A stretch of 64,000 nucleotides of DNA from Bacilli bacterium (GCA_017470115.1 JAFUEZ010000002.1:49665-113664); one strand, 5' to 3'. Numbered from the stretch's first letter, positions 10,701 through 19,452 are shown. Made by a program: numbers and translations. The notes: a model not told the origin generated them from the letters alone.

Positions 10701-10753
10701 CCTCCTATGATGGCTAAGTAAGTAATTCTTCTATTTTTAGCTTTCATGTTCAT
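7742..10753 (-). CDS. Glycoside hydrolase family 3 enzyme (beta-glucosidase/xylosidase-like) of 1003 aa. The domain order is circularly permuted, with an N-terminal signal-anchor and a C-terminal TM helix.
   Basis: KHYALNDQETNRQ and GFTGTAITD (the domain-1 KHF and nucleophile-Asp region) lie near the C-terminus. The alpha/beta-sandwich region lies near the N-terminus. Hydrophobic segments occur at both ends. Confidence 0.8.
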   Translation of the reverse strand: MNMKAKNRRITYLAIIGGAVLALLGGVTIAANVQENNLDLLLGRGKQHTKDNSSLDGNYIDFEFDNQDDALKNAQRMTQLTAEEGMTLLKNKNNALPLAANEGVTVLGYYSWHNNMSGGEDPASTSGAVSLANGIEQDTDIPFNQATKQVYATANGDFVDPATALASAESTFASYPTAVITLKRNSGEGNDQSLNQGMSEQNRSGLVINNAELKLIDYACKHFNKVIIVVNSANAMELGWLQENDPNMDSDGNYTDPYTGNKYDFSKVNGAIWAGCCGSQGGIALANILKGAVNPSGHLVDTYVRDLRKDPTYKNFGSYVYSNSDELNSYQDETFFVDYEEGIYVGYRYYETAYKEAKEGNYNGFDYAREVVFPFGYGLSYTTFAQEFAETPSFDAASNEYTFKVKVTNTGPVAGKGVAQIYVNVPYTAENKANHVEKSHVVLGGFGKTEILAAGASETLEIKVNRDYFTSYDYQVEKAYVLDAGNYNFYLSDNAHSWADIDEMTSGKEKVLWTDNLSKKVVYKDGVDGKRSTDKSVAINKEDDELNYHFKNFGEADHGEGYAINFTRTNFKDSFPQSPVEDDFELTDARALKQVARYDVWAEENNPIKEMPSVNTDGTSYTLASMRGVDFNDPKWDDYMNQFTLSKMVEMVTNGGWNEKADVENGVPESYDADSPYGYYAHALTIKNINKWYCGDPMVAATFNEKLARELGEAFGEEAHANYLAGGTLITGIYGYGLNMHRSAFGGRNYEYYSEDGILAGKMAAAEAGGASEKGLITFMKHYALNDQETNRQKNGYCSWVNEQAFREVYLKGWELYMKEAKMEVKYYAQVGEELDTNLSKKTMSAATGIMTCYNRIGATWGGASVSIHDILEDEFGFTGTAITDAGGQKNTYMTSDFMLRRGGHLTLTNNGTDGLYDTSSPTAVYHLKDATKHILFNKANSNCVQGISPSASIWYEMSPWKSGLIAGWIVAGVLALVDAAFIALIALGKINVKERKEPEEEY

Positions 10754-10759
10754 TTCCTC

Positions 10760-11407
10760 CTATTCTTTGACGACTTGAACGTTTTGTTGATTAACTTTAC
10801 GTGCATAGTATTTTTGGAATAATAAGACACCACAGTTAATAGCTTTGAAGATGCCGGTGATTAAGCAGACAACTAAGACCACAGTTGGGTAATAGTCTTT
10901 GCCAAAATATAATTCACCATTCATAGCTGGTAATAAGTATTCTTCATAATAATTGGTGTAAGAACCGGTCACGTGTTTAGCGTTTTCAATCCAAAGTTTG
11001 TCACAGTTGAAGAGAATGATGCCACCAAAGATTAAACAAATGGCAACGATTCCTTCAACGATGGCTTTTTTCTTATTTGTGCCTCTTCTGTTGAAGTTAG
11101 TAGCGAGCATAATGCAAGCAACGATACAACCGATTAATGGTAAGAAACAACCTAAGAATGTCCAGATGTTGAATGTGGCTTCTGTGTAACCTTGAATAAT
11201 CATGTTTCCATAACCAGAGAAGATGGCTTGATAGCCTGGATAACTAAAGCCATTAGCATATTTTGTGCCATCATCTGTAAAGATTGTGAAGACATCTGAG
11301 AAATTAAATAACACTAATATGACAATCGCTAAAATGCCTAAAGCGATAGAGATGAGGGCTAAGATTTTAGCTGTTGGTTTTAAGATCTTTAAAACTTTGT
11401 TTTCCAT
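10760..11407 (-). CDS. Polytopic membrane protein of 215 aa, function unknown, in the same operon as the GH3 gene.
   Basis: It has about five or six TM helices and is tightly linked: a 6-bp gap to the GH3 gene and a 13-bp gap to the upstream lipoprotein gene. Confidence 0.55.
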   Translation of the reverse strand: MENKVLKILKPTAKILALISIALGILAIVILVLFNFSDVFTIFTDDGTKYANGFSYPGYQAIFSGYGNMIIQGYTEATFNIWTFLGCFLPLIGCIVACIMLATNFNRRGTNKKKAIVEGIVAICLIFGGIILFNCDKLWIENAKHVTGSYTNYYEEYLLPAMNGELYFGKDYYPTVVLVVCLITGIFKAINCGVLLFQKYYARKVNQQNVQVVKE

Positions 11408-11420
11408 TATTTAGTCCTCC

Positions 11421-12899
11421 TTATTTAGATTGAGTTAAGACAACATCAATGGTTTGTGTGCCAAAGAAGCTACTCACTTTGATTTGATAGACGAAGCCAT
11501 ATTTACCTTTAGCATCTTTAGCGGACACTAATGGTTCTCTACCTTCTAAGTTAACGTTTAATGTGCTGTCGGCTTCAGACCAAGTTCCTGAAGCTGTTGG
11601 AGCAAAACCGCCTTCATATAAGTTGGCCTTACCATCAACGCCTAAGTTAAGGTTGACAGACTTTGTGCCACCATCTGGACCAGATGTGGTATAGGAGCCA
11701 ACAAATTCATATTTTGATTCACCATCGAAATCAGAAAGAGTCATTTTGTTCCATTTGACTTCTGGGTTTAAGCTGACAAAATAAGCTAAGTTATTATAGA
11801 CGAGTCTATAACCTGGGTGATCTTTATTAACGGAAGCAGTTGTTTCGTAAGTTTGTTCACCATCTTTGATAACGATCTTGCCATTATCTTCAGACCATGT
11901 TGGGCCATAACTAACAGTACGGTTTGCACCACTTGGGCTATTTAAGACGACGGAACCATCGTTATGTAAGTACATATAAGCTGTAGCTTTGCTATTGTTA
12001 TTACCAGTAGCAACTGCCTTGAAGATGTATTTGCTATCTCTTTCATCCCATTTAGCGTAATCTTTCGCTAAAGTTTTATAGAATGTTGGATCTTTAGCTT
12101 GGAATTTAACTAAGGATTCGTGGCCTTCGATGTTGACGTTATAGTAGAATTCATGACGGCCTTCGTATTTATCAAAGTCAGCGTGAATAACTGTTTTGTT
12201 TTCATCATTGAGATTTAAGATATAGCCATATCCTTCTTCTAATTTATAGGTTCCGCTTAATGACCAGTTATGAGCAGCTAAGTCTTCTTTAACGACTGTT
12301 AATTCAGCTGAAGCTGATTTAGTTGGATCACCTTGGCTTGTTGCAGTAATCGTGACTTTACCTTCGGCCTTTGGTGTGATGGTGCCACTGCTGACAGTAG
12401 CAATTTCTTCATTAGAAGAAGACCATGTGACGTTTTTATTTGTAGCGTTTTCTGGAAGAATTGTAGCTGTTGCTTTAACGGTTTGACCGATGAAGGCTTG
12501 TGTCATATCGAGTGAAAGACTGATGCTTTCCACTGCGACTTCTGGTTGTTGTTCACCTCCACCTGGGCCGCCTTGACCACCAGGACCACCGCCTCCACCT
12601 GGGAAGCCGCCTGGGAATCCACCGCCTGGGAATCCGCCACCAGGACCGCCTTGACCACCACTATTACCGGATGAACGACCTTGAACAATACCTTGTAAGG
12701 TGAAATTGTTACTTTTTTGATCAACAACACCTTTAAATTTGTAAGCGTAGTCGCCAATTGTTACTTCTGTATTATAGGCACTAGAAGTTGTAGCGACAAA
12801 TACGACAGGGATTTTTGCATTGCTCTGACAAGCGCCTAAACTAACAATTGATGTTGCTAAGACGATGGAGAGTAAAGCATTTTTCTTAAATACTTTCAT
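11421..12899 (-). CDS. Surface lipoprotein of 492 aa with a Gly/Pro-rich linker, a Big_2 domain and a C-terminal beta-rich domain. It is the first gene of the GH3 operon.
   Basis: The lipobox is SLGAC. The linker reads GGQGGPGGGFPGGGFPGGFPGGGGGPGG. The Big_2 signature is VKATATILPENATNKNVTWSSSNEEIATVS...AEGKVTITATS. A GAGGAGG ribosome-binding site precedes the ATG. Confidence 0.7.
   Translation of the reverse strand: MKVFKKNALLSIVLATSIVSLGACQSNAKIPVVFVATTSSAYNTEVTIGDYAYKFKGVVDQKSNNFTLQGIVQGRSSGNSGGQGGPGGGFPGGGFPGGFPGGGGGPGGQGGPGGGEQQPEVAVESISLSLDMTQAFIGQTVKATATILPENATNKNVTWSSSNEEIATVSSGTITPKAEGKVTITATSQGDPTKSASAELTVVKEDLAAHNWSLSGTYKLEEGYGYILNLNDENKTVIHADFDKYEGRHEFYYNVNIEGHESLVKFQAKDPTFYKTLAKDYAKWDERDSKYIFKAVATGNNNSKATAYMYLHNDGSVVLNSPSGANRTVSYGPTWSEDNGKIVIKDGEQTYETTASVNKDHPGYRLVYNNLAYFVSLNPEVKWNKMTLSDFDGESKYEFVGSYTTSGPDGGTKSVNLNLGVDGKANLYEGGFAPTASGTWSEADSTLNVNLEGREPLVSAKDAKGKYGFVYQIKVSSFFGTQTIDVVLTQSK
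12540..12670 (-). repeat. GC-rich imperfect short repeats (GGxCCnGG-like) encoding the Gly/Pro-rich linker.
   Basis: Reiterated units ccacctggg, ccgcctggg and ccaccagga form a local GC island in an AT-rich genome. Confidence 0.6.
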
Positions 12900-12973
12900 T
12901 GTATTCCTCCTCTACCTCTTTCGAGTTTTTCATGACTATATCCTATAAGAAAAAAAGTAAAGAAAAACCATTT

Positions 12974-13042
12974 GGGAAAAGCTCCCGTTATTAAGGGACA
13001 TAAATAATTTAAATGGGACAAAAGTCAAATTTATTGGGACGA
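12974..13042 (-). promoter_or_regulatory. Four direct repeats of TGGGA(C/A)A (TGTCCCA on the transcribed strand) at 21-bp spacing upstream of the GH3 operon; putative LytTR response-regulator boxes.
   Basis: GGGAMA occurs at about 12974, 12995, 13015 and 13036. A -10-like TATAGT lies downstream, nearer the ATG. VirR and AgrA-type boxes are direct repeats with the same periodicity. Confidence 0.5.
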
Positions 13043-13090
13043 AAAAAGACAATCAATAGATTGCCTTAATTCACATAAGTGTGACTTATT

Positions 13091-13825
13091 TTATAAATAA
13101 ATAGATTTATTTTTACGCGTAACAGAAAGGTATTCTTCCATGATTTCATCTTTTCTTTTACTAGAAAGAGGGAGAACTTTATTATTAGTTAATTTAACCT
13201 CATTTGTACCAATCATTCTAATAAATAGATAATTAACTAAATACCCTTTGTGTACACGTATGAAACCATTTTCTTTTAATTTGCTTTCTAATTCACCCAT
13301 TAGTACACGGGCATCGAATTTAGAACCATCTTTTAAATAAAAAGTTTGATAGTTTCGATTACCTTCGATATACATTACTTGATCAATATCCGCGGAAATC
13401 GTTTCGGTTTTACAAGAAATAGTAATCTTTTTATTTTCTCTATTAGTATTGAGCGCTGTATTAACAAATAGTTCCAAAACACTAGCGAAGTCCTGAATAA
13501 TTCTTGATTTACGGATAAAACCAAATGGATGGAGTTGTAATGTATCAAATACTAAATCTTCTCTTTGAGAAAGATAGATAATATCAGTTTGAGGATTGAA
13601 ACCTTTTAATTTTTTACCAACTTCTAAGCCGTTAATTTCTGGCATATCAATATCAAGGAAGACAAGACGATAATTTTTTTCCTCGGCCATCGCTAAAAAG
13701 TTAATAGGAGAAGAAAAAGCATCTAAAGAGATAGCAATATTCTTTTCTTGAAAGAAAGATTCTATAGCGCCTTTAGAAATGAGTAAGGCAGTCTTATCAT
13801 CATCAAGCAAAGCAATCTTAAGCAT
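13091..13825 (-). CDS. Response regulator with a receiver (REC) domain and a LytTR DNA-binding domain (AgrA/VirR-like).
   Basis: The receiver motifs are LLDDD and FLDIDMP. The C-terminal LytTR region reads YIEGNRNYQTFYLKDGSKFDARVLMGELESKL...FIRVHKGYLVN. Confidence 0.85.
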   Translation of the reverse strand: MLKIALLDDDKTALLISKGAIESFFQEKNIAISLDAFSSPINFLAMAEEKNYRLVFLDIDMPEINGLEVGKKLKGFNPQTDIIYLSQREDLVFDTLQLHPFGFIRKSRIIQDFASVLELFVNTALNTNRENKKITISCKTETISADIDQVMYIEGNRNYQTFYLKDGSKFDARVLMGELESKLKENGFIRVHKGYLVNYLFIRMIGTNEVKLTNNKVLPLSSKRKDEIMEEYLSVTRKNKSIYL

Positions 13826-15173
13826 TGTTAACTCCCTTATGGTTCATATTTAATAAACAATCACAGACGAACTTGTCATCTTCAAAAGCAAACGAGACAT
13901 AACCTTCATATTTCTTAGCGATATTTTTAATAATTTTAGTGCCATATCCGTGTGCTTTACCATTTTTTGTCGTTCTTAGTGATGGCTTACCTTTAACTTG
14001 ATTTGTTTCCACACTATTAAAAGCGGTAATTCGCAAATAATCTTGTTGGGTAACAATAGCGACATTAATAAAATCTTCTTCATTTTTTGGCACAAAATTT
14101 TCTAATGAATTATCAACAATATTAGTGATTAAAGATAATAAATCACTGTCCTCAAAAGGAAGATGAGGAGGAACCACTACTTTGAATTTGATTTTTTTAT
14201 TATCAATCTTAGCTTTAGTTAATTCTAAATTAACAATGCCAGAGACCACCAAGTTAGAACACGAAAAACTATATAAATATTCTTCTTTTTGGTTAATCAA
14301 AGATTGAATATAATTGTTTGCTTCTTCATATTTACCATCATTTAATAAAACTTGTGTATAGCTGAGTTGATTTCTTAAATCATGACGTATCTTCATTAAT
14401 TCTTCACGGTTATTCATATCAATTTCTAAAGCATCTTTTTCCATTTCCATAACGCTATTAGAAACTTCAAGTTCTGTCACTTTGTGACGATAATCAATCA
14501 AAGAATAAATGGAATAATAAATACCTGTTAAAACACCAAGTTCTACGACTGAAACAAAAATTAATAAGGCGCGACCACCTGAATCACTAACGTTTAAGAA
14601 GTTTTGCCAAACCGCACTGACACTAAGAAGAGCGGCTAAAGACAAAAGAATAGCAACATGGGTAATTGGTAATCTTTTAAATCTCATAATGTCAAATTTA
14701 TAAATTACCATAGCAATAAATGGCAAAAGAATAATTGGTATGCTTCTTGCTAAGACAACAAAGAAAGTAATACCTGTTAATTCACCAACCGCCATACCTA
14801 ATGTACGACCAATCTCTTCTGTAATTAATGTCGAAGCCACTACTACAGCAATTTTAATAATTTTATGTAATGGACGATCTTTAAGAAAGAAAACAATAAA
14901 AAGTGTTGGAATGACCGCAAAGGAAGCGGTAAATAACATACCACCAATTTGTAGGCTAATCATATTAGCCAATGCAAAGAAGATTGATTCTAATCCCACA
15001 AAGCAACAATATATGATAACAAACGTCACTGCTGACCAGAGAACACTCTTTTTAGTAAGCGTTTTAGGGGCAGTAATAATAATTAAAGAAAACGACATGA
15101 AAAAGTATTGAATATACATCGTCGCATCTAAAACACGTGTAAAATAAGTCGCCAAAAAATCTATGAAATTCAT
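13818..15173 (-). CDS. Sensor histidine kinase of the HPK10 (AgrC/ComD/VirS-like) class, with a 6-TM N-terminus and no HAMP domain.
   Basis: The H-box is IRHDLRNQL, the N-box is NIVDNSLENF and the G-box is KNGKAHGYGTKII. It overlaps the response-regulator gene by 8 nt. Confidence 0.8.
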   Translation of the reverse strand: MNFIDFLATYFTRVLDATMYIQYFFMSFSLIIITAPKTLTKKSVLWSAVTFVIIYCCFVGLESIFFALANMISLQIGGMLFTASFAVIPTLFIVFFLKDRPLHKIIKIAVVVASTLITEEIGRTLGMAVGELTGITFFVVLARSIPIILLPFIAMVIYKFDIMRFKRLPITHVAILLSLAALLSVSAVWQNFLNVSDSGGRALLIFVSVVELGVLTGIYYSIYSLIDYRHKVTELEVSNSVMEMEKDALEIDMNNREELMKIRHDLRNQLSYTQVLLNDGKYEEANNYIQSLINQKEEYLYSFSCSNLVVSGIVNLELTKAKIDNKKIKFKVVVPPHLPFEDSDLLSLITNIVDNSLENFVPKNEEDFINVAIVTQQDYLRITAFNSVETNQVKGKPSLRTTKNGKAHGYGTKIIKNIAKKYEGYVSFAFEDDKFVCDCLLNMNHKGVNNA

Positions 15174-15215
15174 ACTTAACTATATTAACATAGTTACCTC
15201 TATTTTGATATCACA

Positions 15216-15242
15216 GGGACAAAAAGTGCCCCTTTTGGGACA
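15216..15242 (-). promoter_or_regulatory. Two GGGACA direct repeats 21 bp apart upstream of the kinase/regulator operon; a putative autoregulatory LytTR site.
   Basis: The sequence tcacaGGGACAaaaagtgccccttttGGGACAaac lies 45-70 bp upstream of the kinase start. Confidence 0.45.
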
Positions 15243-15398
15243 AACAAAATGTTTTTGTATTGACAAGTTCATATGCAAAACTCGTTTTATTTATTTTGTT
15301 ATAAATCTCTCGTACTTCGTTCAACAATTTGAAGAATTATAAGAAAGAAAAAGATGCCATTATAGACTAAATGGGTTCACTTCAAATGCTAATCTTTT

Positions 15399-15674
15399 TT
15401 AATTGTCATCATAATGAGACCACATTGAATGTATTACGACTGTGTTAATATCTTTGTGAACTTTATAAACTAGACGATGTTGAAGATTAATTCTTCTAGA
15501 ATAATAACCTTGTAAATCACCAACCAGTTTTTCATAGTTAGGTGGGTTTTGAAAAGGATTTTTTGCGATAAGGTTTAATAATTTCTTTACTTTGTCTTCT
15601 AATCCAGCGTTTTTAAGTAGTTTTTTATCTTTTTCAGCGTTTTTGGTGAATTTAATAATCCACATAACTACCAC
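15399..15674 (-). CDS. yoeB: YoeB/Txe-family type II toxin (mRNA interferase).
   Basis: KLVGDLQGYYSRRINLQHRLVYKV...SMWSHY matches the YoeB family signature. The gene overlaps the upstream antitoxin gene. Confidence 0.8.
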   Translation of the reverse strand: MVVMWIIKFTKNAEKDKKLLKNAGLEDKVKKLLNLIAKNPFQNPPNYEKLVGDLQGYYSRRINLQHRLVYKVHKDINTVVIHSMWSHYDDN

Positions 15675-15919
15675 TCTTCATTTGGATTATAAGTAGACAT
15701 TTTAGAAATATCTTCTTTTTCGCCACTTTTAATCTTCTCAACAAGTCCTTTTTGAGAAACTAAATAAATAGTTTCTAGCATCGCATTATATTCAGCTTCA
15801 GATATAATAACTGCGTTTCCGTTTTTGGTGCTCACAGTGATAGAGTCATTGTACTCAATGACATTATCAATAGAACTAAAGAGATTCTTTCTCAAAACAG
15901 AAATATTAGTAACTGCCAT
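15668..15919 (-). CDS. yefM: YefM/Phd-family antitoxin.
   Basis: It is an 83-aa protein with a Phd/YefM-like N-terminus (VLRKNLFSSIDNV...AVIISEAEYNAMLETIYL). It overlaps the toxin gene by 7 nt. Confidence 0.7.
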   Translation of the reverse strand: MAVTNISVLRKNLFSSIDNVIEYNDSITVSTKNGNAVIISEAEYNAMLETIYLVSQKGLVEKIKSGEKEDISKMSTYNPNEEW

Positions 15920-16398
15920 AAGTCTTTCCTCCTAATTATATTATATAACAAGTATGTACGTAATCAAGTACAATAGCGCATTTTTCTGTACAATAGATAA
16001 TAAGAAAAATAACACTTTGGATGTCTTATATTACGTAACTATAATGCCGAGTAATTCTCTTAAATAAGCTTCTGTCGCAGCGAACAAGCGTGCTGACCAA
16101 GAAAAAGAATAAATAATTTAATTATTTTAAGGCAAAGCGAAACGGTGAAATTTAAAATACAACCCATTTAATGAGTCTTTTTGGTTTACGATTTTTTATC
16201 ATTTTTGCCTTCAAATTGTTAAAAAATCACATATTTTGTATTATTAGCCTCACCAAAAAGTTAAATTATTCTTACAGAAGTTAATTTCTTTTATATTTCA
16301 AAGACTTGGTGCAATTTAAATTACAATTAATCATCTTTATTTTCAATGTTTTATAATATCTATAAATAATATATACGCAGAAAAGAAGGTAACTGATT

Positions 16399-19300
16399 AT
16401 GTTTAAAAGATATTTTGGTAATGCAACAAAAAAGCAAATTAAAACAAAAATAGTGTTAATTGCGGCCTTTTTGCCATTAATTATAGCAACTTTTATCGGT
16501 CTTGGAATTGGAAACCATTTTGCTTTCAATGTCTATGACTCAAACATAACTGCTTATCTTTGTAATCCTGTCGCTGGTAACAATGAAAGTATTATTGCCA
16601 CCAAAAAAAGCGGCAATGAATTATCTAGAGAAATTGAAAGAGAGGGTGCGGTTTTAGTTAAAAACGATGGAACCTTACCTTTGGATAAAAGCATTAATAA
16701 AGTTAATGTTTTTGGACATTCTTCTATAGACTGGTATTATTCAGGCGGCGGTTCAGGTGCGGTTAACGCAAATGGGGAAATTCAATATAATGTCCCAACA
16801 GCTTTAATGAATAATGGTGTTGAATATAACCATGATTTATATAACTTTTACACTAATTTTAGAGGTCCATTAGGAGGGAATAATCCTAACTTAGGTGGCG
16901 CGAGAGCGGAAACCATCTGTGTTCTTGCAGAACCCACACTAAGTTCGTATGGAAATCTTTTAAATAGTGCCAAGTCATTCTCTAACACCGCAATAATGTG
17001 CATTTCAAGAAAAGCGGGTGAAACCGAAGATATTCCTCATGCTCAATATAAATATAATGCGGATACCGATTTTACTAGGGGTTATTTAACCATCTCCACC
17101 GAGGAAGAAGCGTTACTTGAATGGATTTGTGATAATTTTGAAAATGTTATCGTTTTAATTAATTCCACAAATCTGATGCAATTAGACTTCCTTGATAGAA
17201 TTGAAAAAATTGATGCTTGCTTAATATGTGGCTGTACTGGAAACTATGGGGCTAATGGAATTGTTGATATTATTTATGGTGAAGTATCTCCAAGCGGAAA
17301 AACAACGGATACATATCCATATAAATTAGAATATGAACCATCCTATTATCGTGGTGGTTATGAATATATCAATAACTATGAAGGAGCCCCTTCAAGCGCA
17401 TGGCCATATAACCGTAATTATAAAGATAGAAATGAAAGAAAGGTTTTCTATGTCGATTATATTGAAGGTATTTATGTTGGCTATAAATGGTATGAAACTG
17501 CTGACGTAGAGGGTTTCTGGGATGGCGAGCCATATAATGGGTATGAAAATGTTGTTCAGTTCCCCTTTGGTTTTGGAATGTCGTATACCACCTTTAGTTG
17601 GGAATTAGAGGAAACATCATTAGCAAATGGTGGTCGAATCACCTCTAATAAGGATGAAATCACTGTCAAAGTTAAAGTCACAAATACGGGAAATTTCAAA
17701 GGTAAAGATGTCGTTGAAATCTATATGACTCCACCATATTATAATGGGCAAATCGAAAAGGCTCATGTTAACCTTGTAGGCTTTATGAAATCACCAGAAC
17801 TTGAAAGTGGGCAAAGTGTTTCTCTTACATACACGATTAGGGTGTCTGATTTTGAAAGCTATGATTGTTACGATAAAAACAATAACGGACATGTTGGTTA
17901 TGAACTCGATCAAGGTGAATACATAATTAAATTTATGGAAGATTCACACACTCTAAAAGAGATGAATACCAACACCTTAACTTATCATATCGATAACACG
18001 ATTAACGTTGATGTTGATGAAGTTACTGGTCAAAAAGTCACAAATATCTTTACTGGCGAAAAAGCGATTGATGGTGGAAGTTCGGATGGGAGCACTCTTA
18101 ATCAAAATGTTGATTTTATGACAAGAGAGAATTTTGTTCTTCCAACCACCACACAAACAAATCGTAACTGGAACATGGCTCTAGAAGTGTCTCCTACTTC
18201 TGCTTGTATTAATACATATTCCACCACCATTAGAGACGCTTGGGATAATAAGACGGGAAATGATGGTTTTGGAAATCAAATACCAACCACTAATCCATCA
18301 TGGGGCAGCGGCTCTGGTTCAAACAAAGTTATTACTGGCGGGCAATTAACAGAATTAGGACGTATACTTGCCGATCCAGAAAATTGGAATGATGATGAAA
18401 ATTGGAATAAGATTTTAGATCAAATTTCCTGGGATGAAGCTATCGATGTCATTAATACCAATTCATTAAGTAATGATAAAGGCATTCCAAGCGCAGGTAG
18501 ACCAGATGGAAATGATGCGGATGGTCCACAACAAATTGGCGCTATTGCTGGTATTGGTTCAGTTAGAGGAACAGCTTACCCTTGCATTACTGTCACCGGT
18601 CAAACATGGTCAACATCTTTAGCATATCAAATGGGGAAATCATATGGTAAAGATATGCAGGCTGTTGGAAGAAGCGGCGCTTACGCCTTTGGGGCGAACA
18701 TCCACCGTTCTGCCTATACAGGAAGAAATTTTGAATACTTCTCAGAAGACGGATTCCTTTCAGGAAAAATGGCTTCAAACGCTTCTAAGGGTGTCGCGGT
18801 TACTGGTAAATATTGCTTTATGAAGCACTTCGCGGTTAACGACCAAGAATATCACCGCGTTGGTTTATATACTTGGGTTAGTGAACAAGCAATTAGAGAA
18901 ATCTATTTAAAGCCTTTTAAAGAATGTGTTCTATATGGTGAATTAAGTGCCTTAATGACCTCCTTTAATAGAATTGGCAGTATTTGGGCTGGAGGAAGTG
19001 AAGCCTTGATTACCGGTGTTTTAAGAAACGAACGGCAATTCCATGGAATGATTGTTACCGACTACTGTGAATCATCTCAATTAATGGATCAGGCTCAAGC
19101 AGTTAGAGCGGGTTCTGATTATGGAATGAATATGCATTACACTAGTGGTGTATCTTCGTCTTTACCAAATAGAAGTTCTGCTACTCCTAGATTTCAGTGG
19201 AGAATGAAAGATGTTTGTAAAGAAATTATTTACGGGTACATTCATCCACTGCTTGTGAATTTTAACTACAACGAAAGCGCCGATGAAGAAGAATATATTA

Positions 19301-19452
19301 TTGTTACTAGTAGTAAAAATCCTTGGGAATGGTGGCGTCCAACATTAGTCAGTATTGATGTCGCTATTGGAGGAGGACTCTTATTCTGCCTCTACTTGCT
19401 TTTAAGACCAATTGTGGAACCAGAAGAAAATGGAAAGGAGGGTGTAGAATAA
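16399..19452 (+). CDS. Second GH3-family glycosidase of 1017 aa, a paralog of 7742..10753 with the same permuted domain order and both N- and C-terminal TM anchors.
   Basis: KHFAVNDQEYHRVG and GMIVTDYCES lie at the C-terminal end. AVLVKNDGTLPL...GGGSGAVN lies at the N-terminal end. The C-terminal TM helix is LVSIDVAIGGGLLFCLYLLL. Confidence 0.8.
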   Translation: MFKRYFGNATKKQIKTKIVLIAAFLPLIIATFIGLGIGNHFAFNVYDSNITAYLCNPVAGNNESIIATKKSGNELSREIEREGAVLVKNDGTLPLDKSINKVNVFGHSSIDWYYSGGGSGAVNANGEIQYNVPTALMNNGVEYNHDLYNFYTNFRGPLGGNNPNLGGARAETICVLAEPTLSSYGNLLNSAKSFSNTAIMCISRKAGETEDIPHAQYKYNADTDFTRGYLTISTEEEALLEWICDNFENVIVLINSTNLMQLDFLDRIEKIDACLICGCTGNYGANGIVDIIYGEVSPSGKTTDTYPYKLEYEPSYYRGGYEYINNYEGAPSSAWPYNRNYKDRNERKVFYVDYIEGIYVGYKWYETADVEGFWDGEPYNGYENVVQFPFGFGMSYTTFSWELEETSLANGGRITSNKDEITVKVKVTNTGNFKGKDVVEIYMTPPYYNGQIEKAHVNLVGFMKSPELESGQSVSLTYTIRVSDFESYDCYDKNNNGHVGYELDQGEYIIKFMEDSHTLKEMNTNTLTYHIDNTINVDVDEVTGQKVTNIFTGEKAIDGGSSDGSTLNQNVDFMTRENFVLPTTTQTNRNWNMALEVSPTSACINTYSTTIRDAWDNKTGNDGFGNQIPTTNPSWGSGSGSNKVITGGQLTELGRILADPENWNDDENWNKILDQISWDEAIDVINTNSLSNDKGIPSAGRPDGNDADGPQQIGAIAGIGSVRGTAYPCITVTGQTWSTSLAYQMGKSYGKDMQAVGRSGAYAFGANIHRSAYTGRNFEYFSEDGFLSGKMASNASKGVAVTGKYCFMKHFAVNDQEYHRVGLYTWVSEQAIREIYLKPFKECVLYGELSALMTSFNRIGSIWAGGSEALITGVLRNERQFHGMIVTDYCESSQLMDQAQAVRAGSDYGMNMHYTSGVSSSLPNRSSATPRFQWRMKDVCKEIIYGYIHPLLVNFNYNESADEEEYIIVTSSKNPWEWWRPTLVSIDVAIGGGLLFCLYLLLRPIVEPEENGKEGVE

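Noticed and set aside
15200-15275. A 28-codon minus-strand ORF upstream of the histidine kinase, considered as a possible AgrD/ComC-like pheromone precursor.
   Set aside because: It has no ribosome-binding site and overlaps the GGGACA regulator boxes; the repeated Cys-Pro it encodes is simply the box sequence. It has no double-glycine or AgrD-like features.
16281-16529. An 82-aa minus-strand ORF upstream of and overlapping the start of the GH3 paralog.
   Set aside because: It overlaps the start of the 16399 gene and its AT-rich promoter region. It has no ribosome-binding site and a Lys/Ile-rich composition typical of AT-rich noise.
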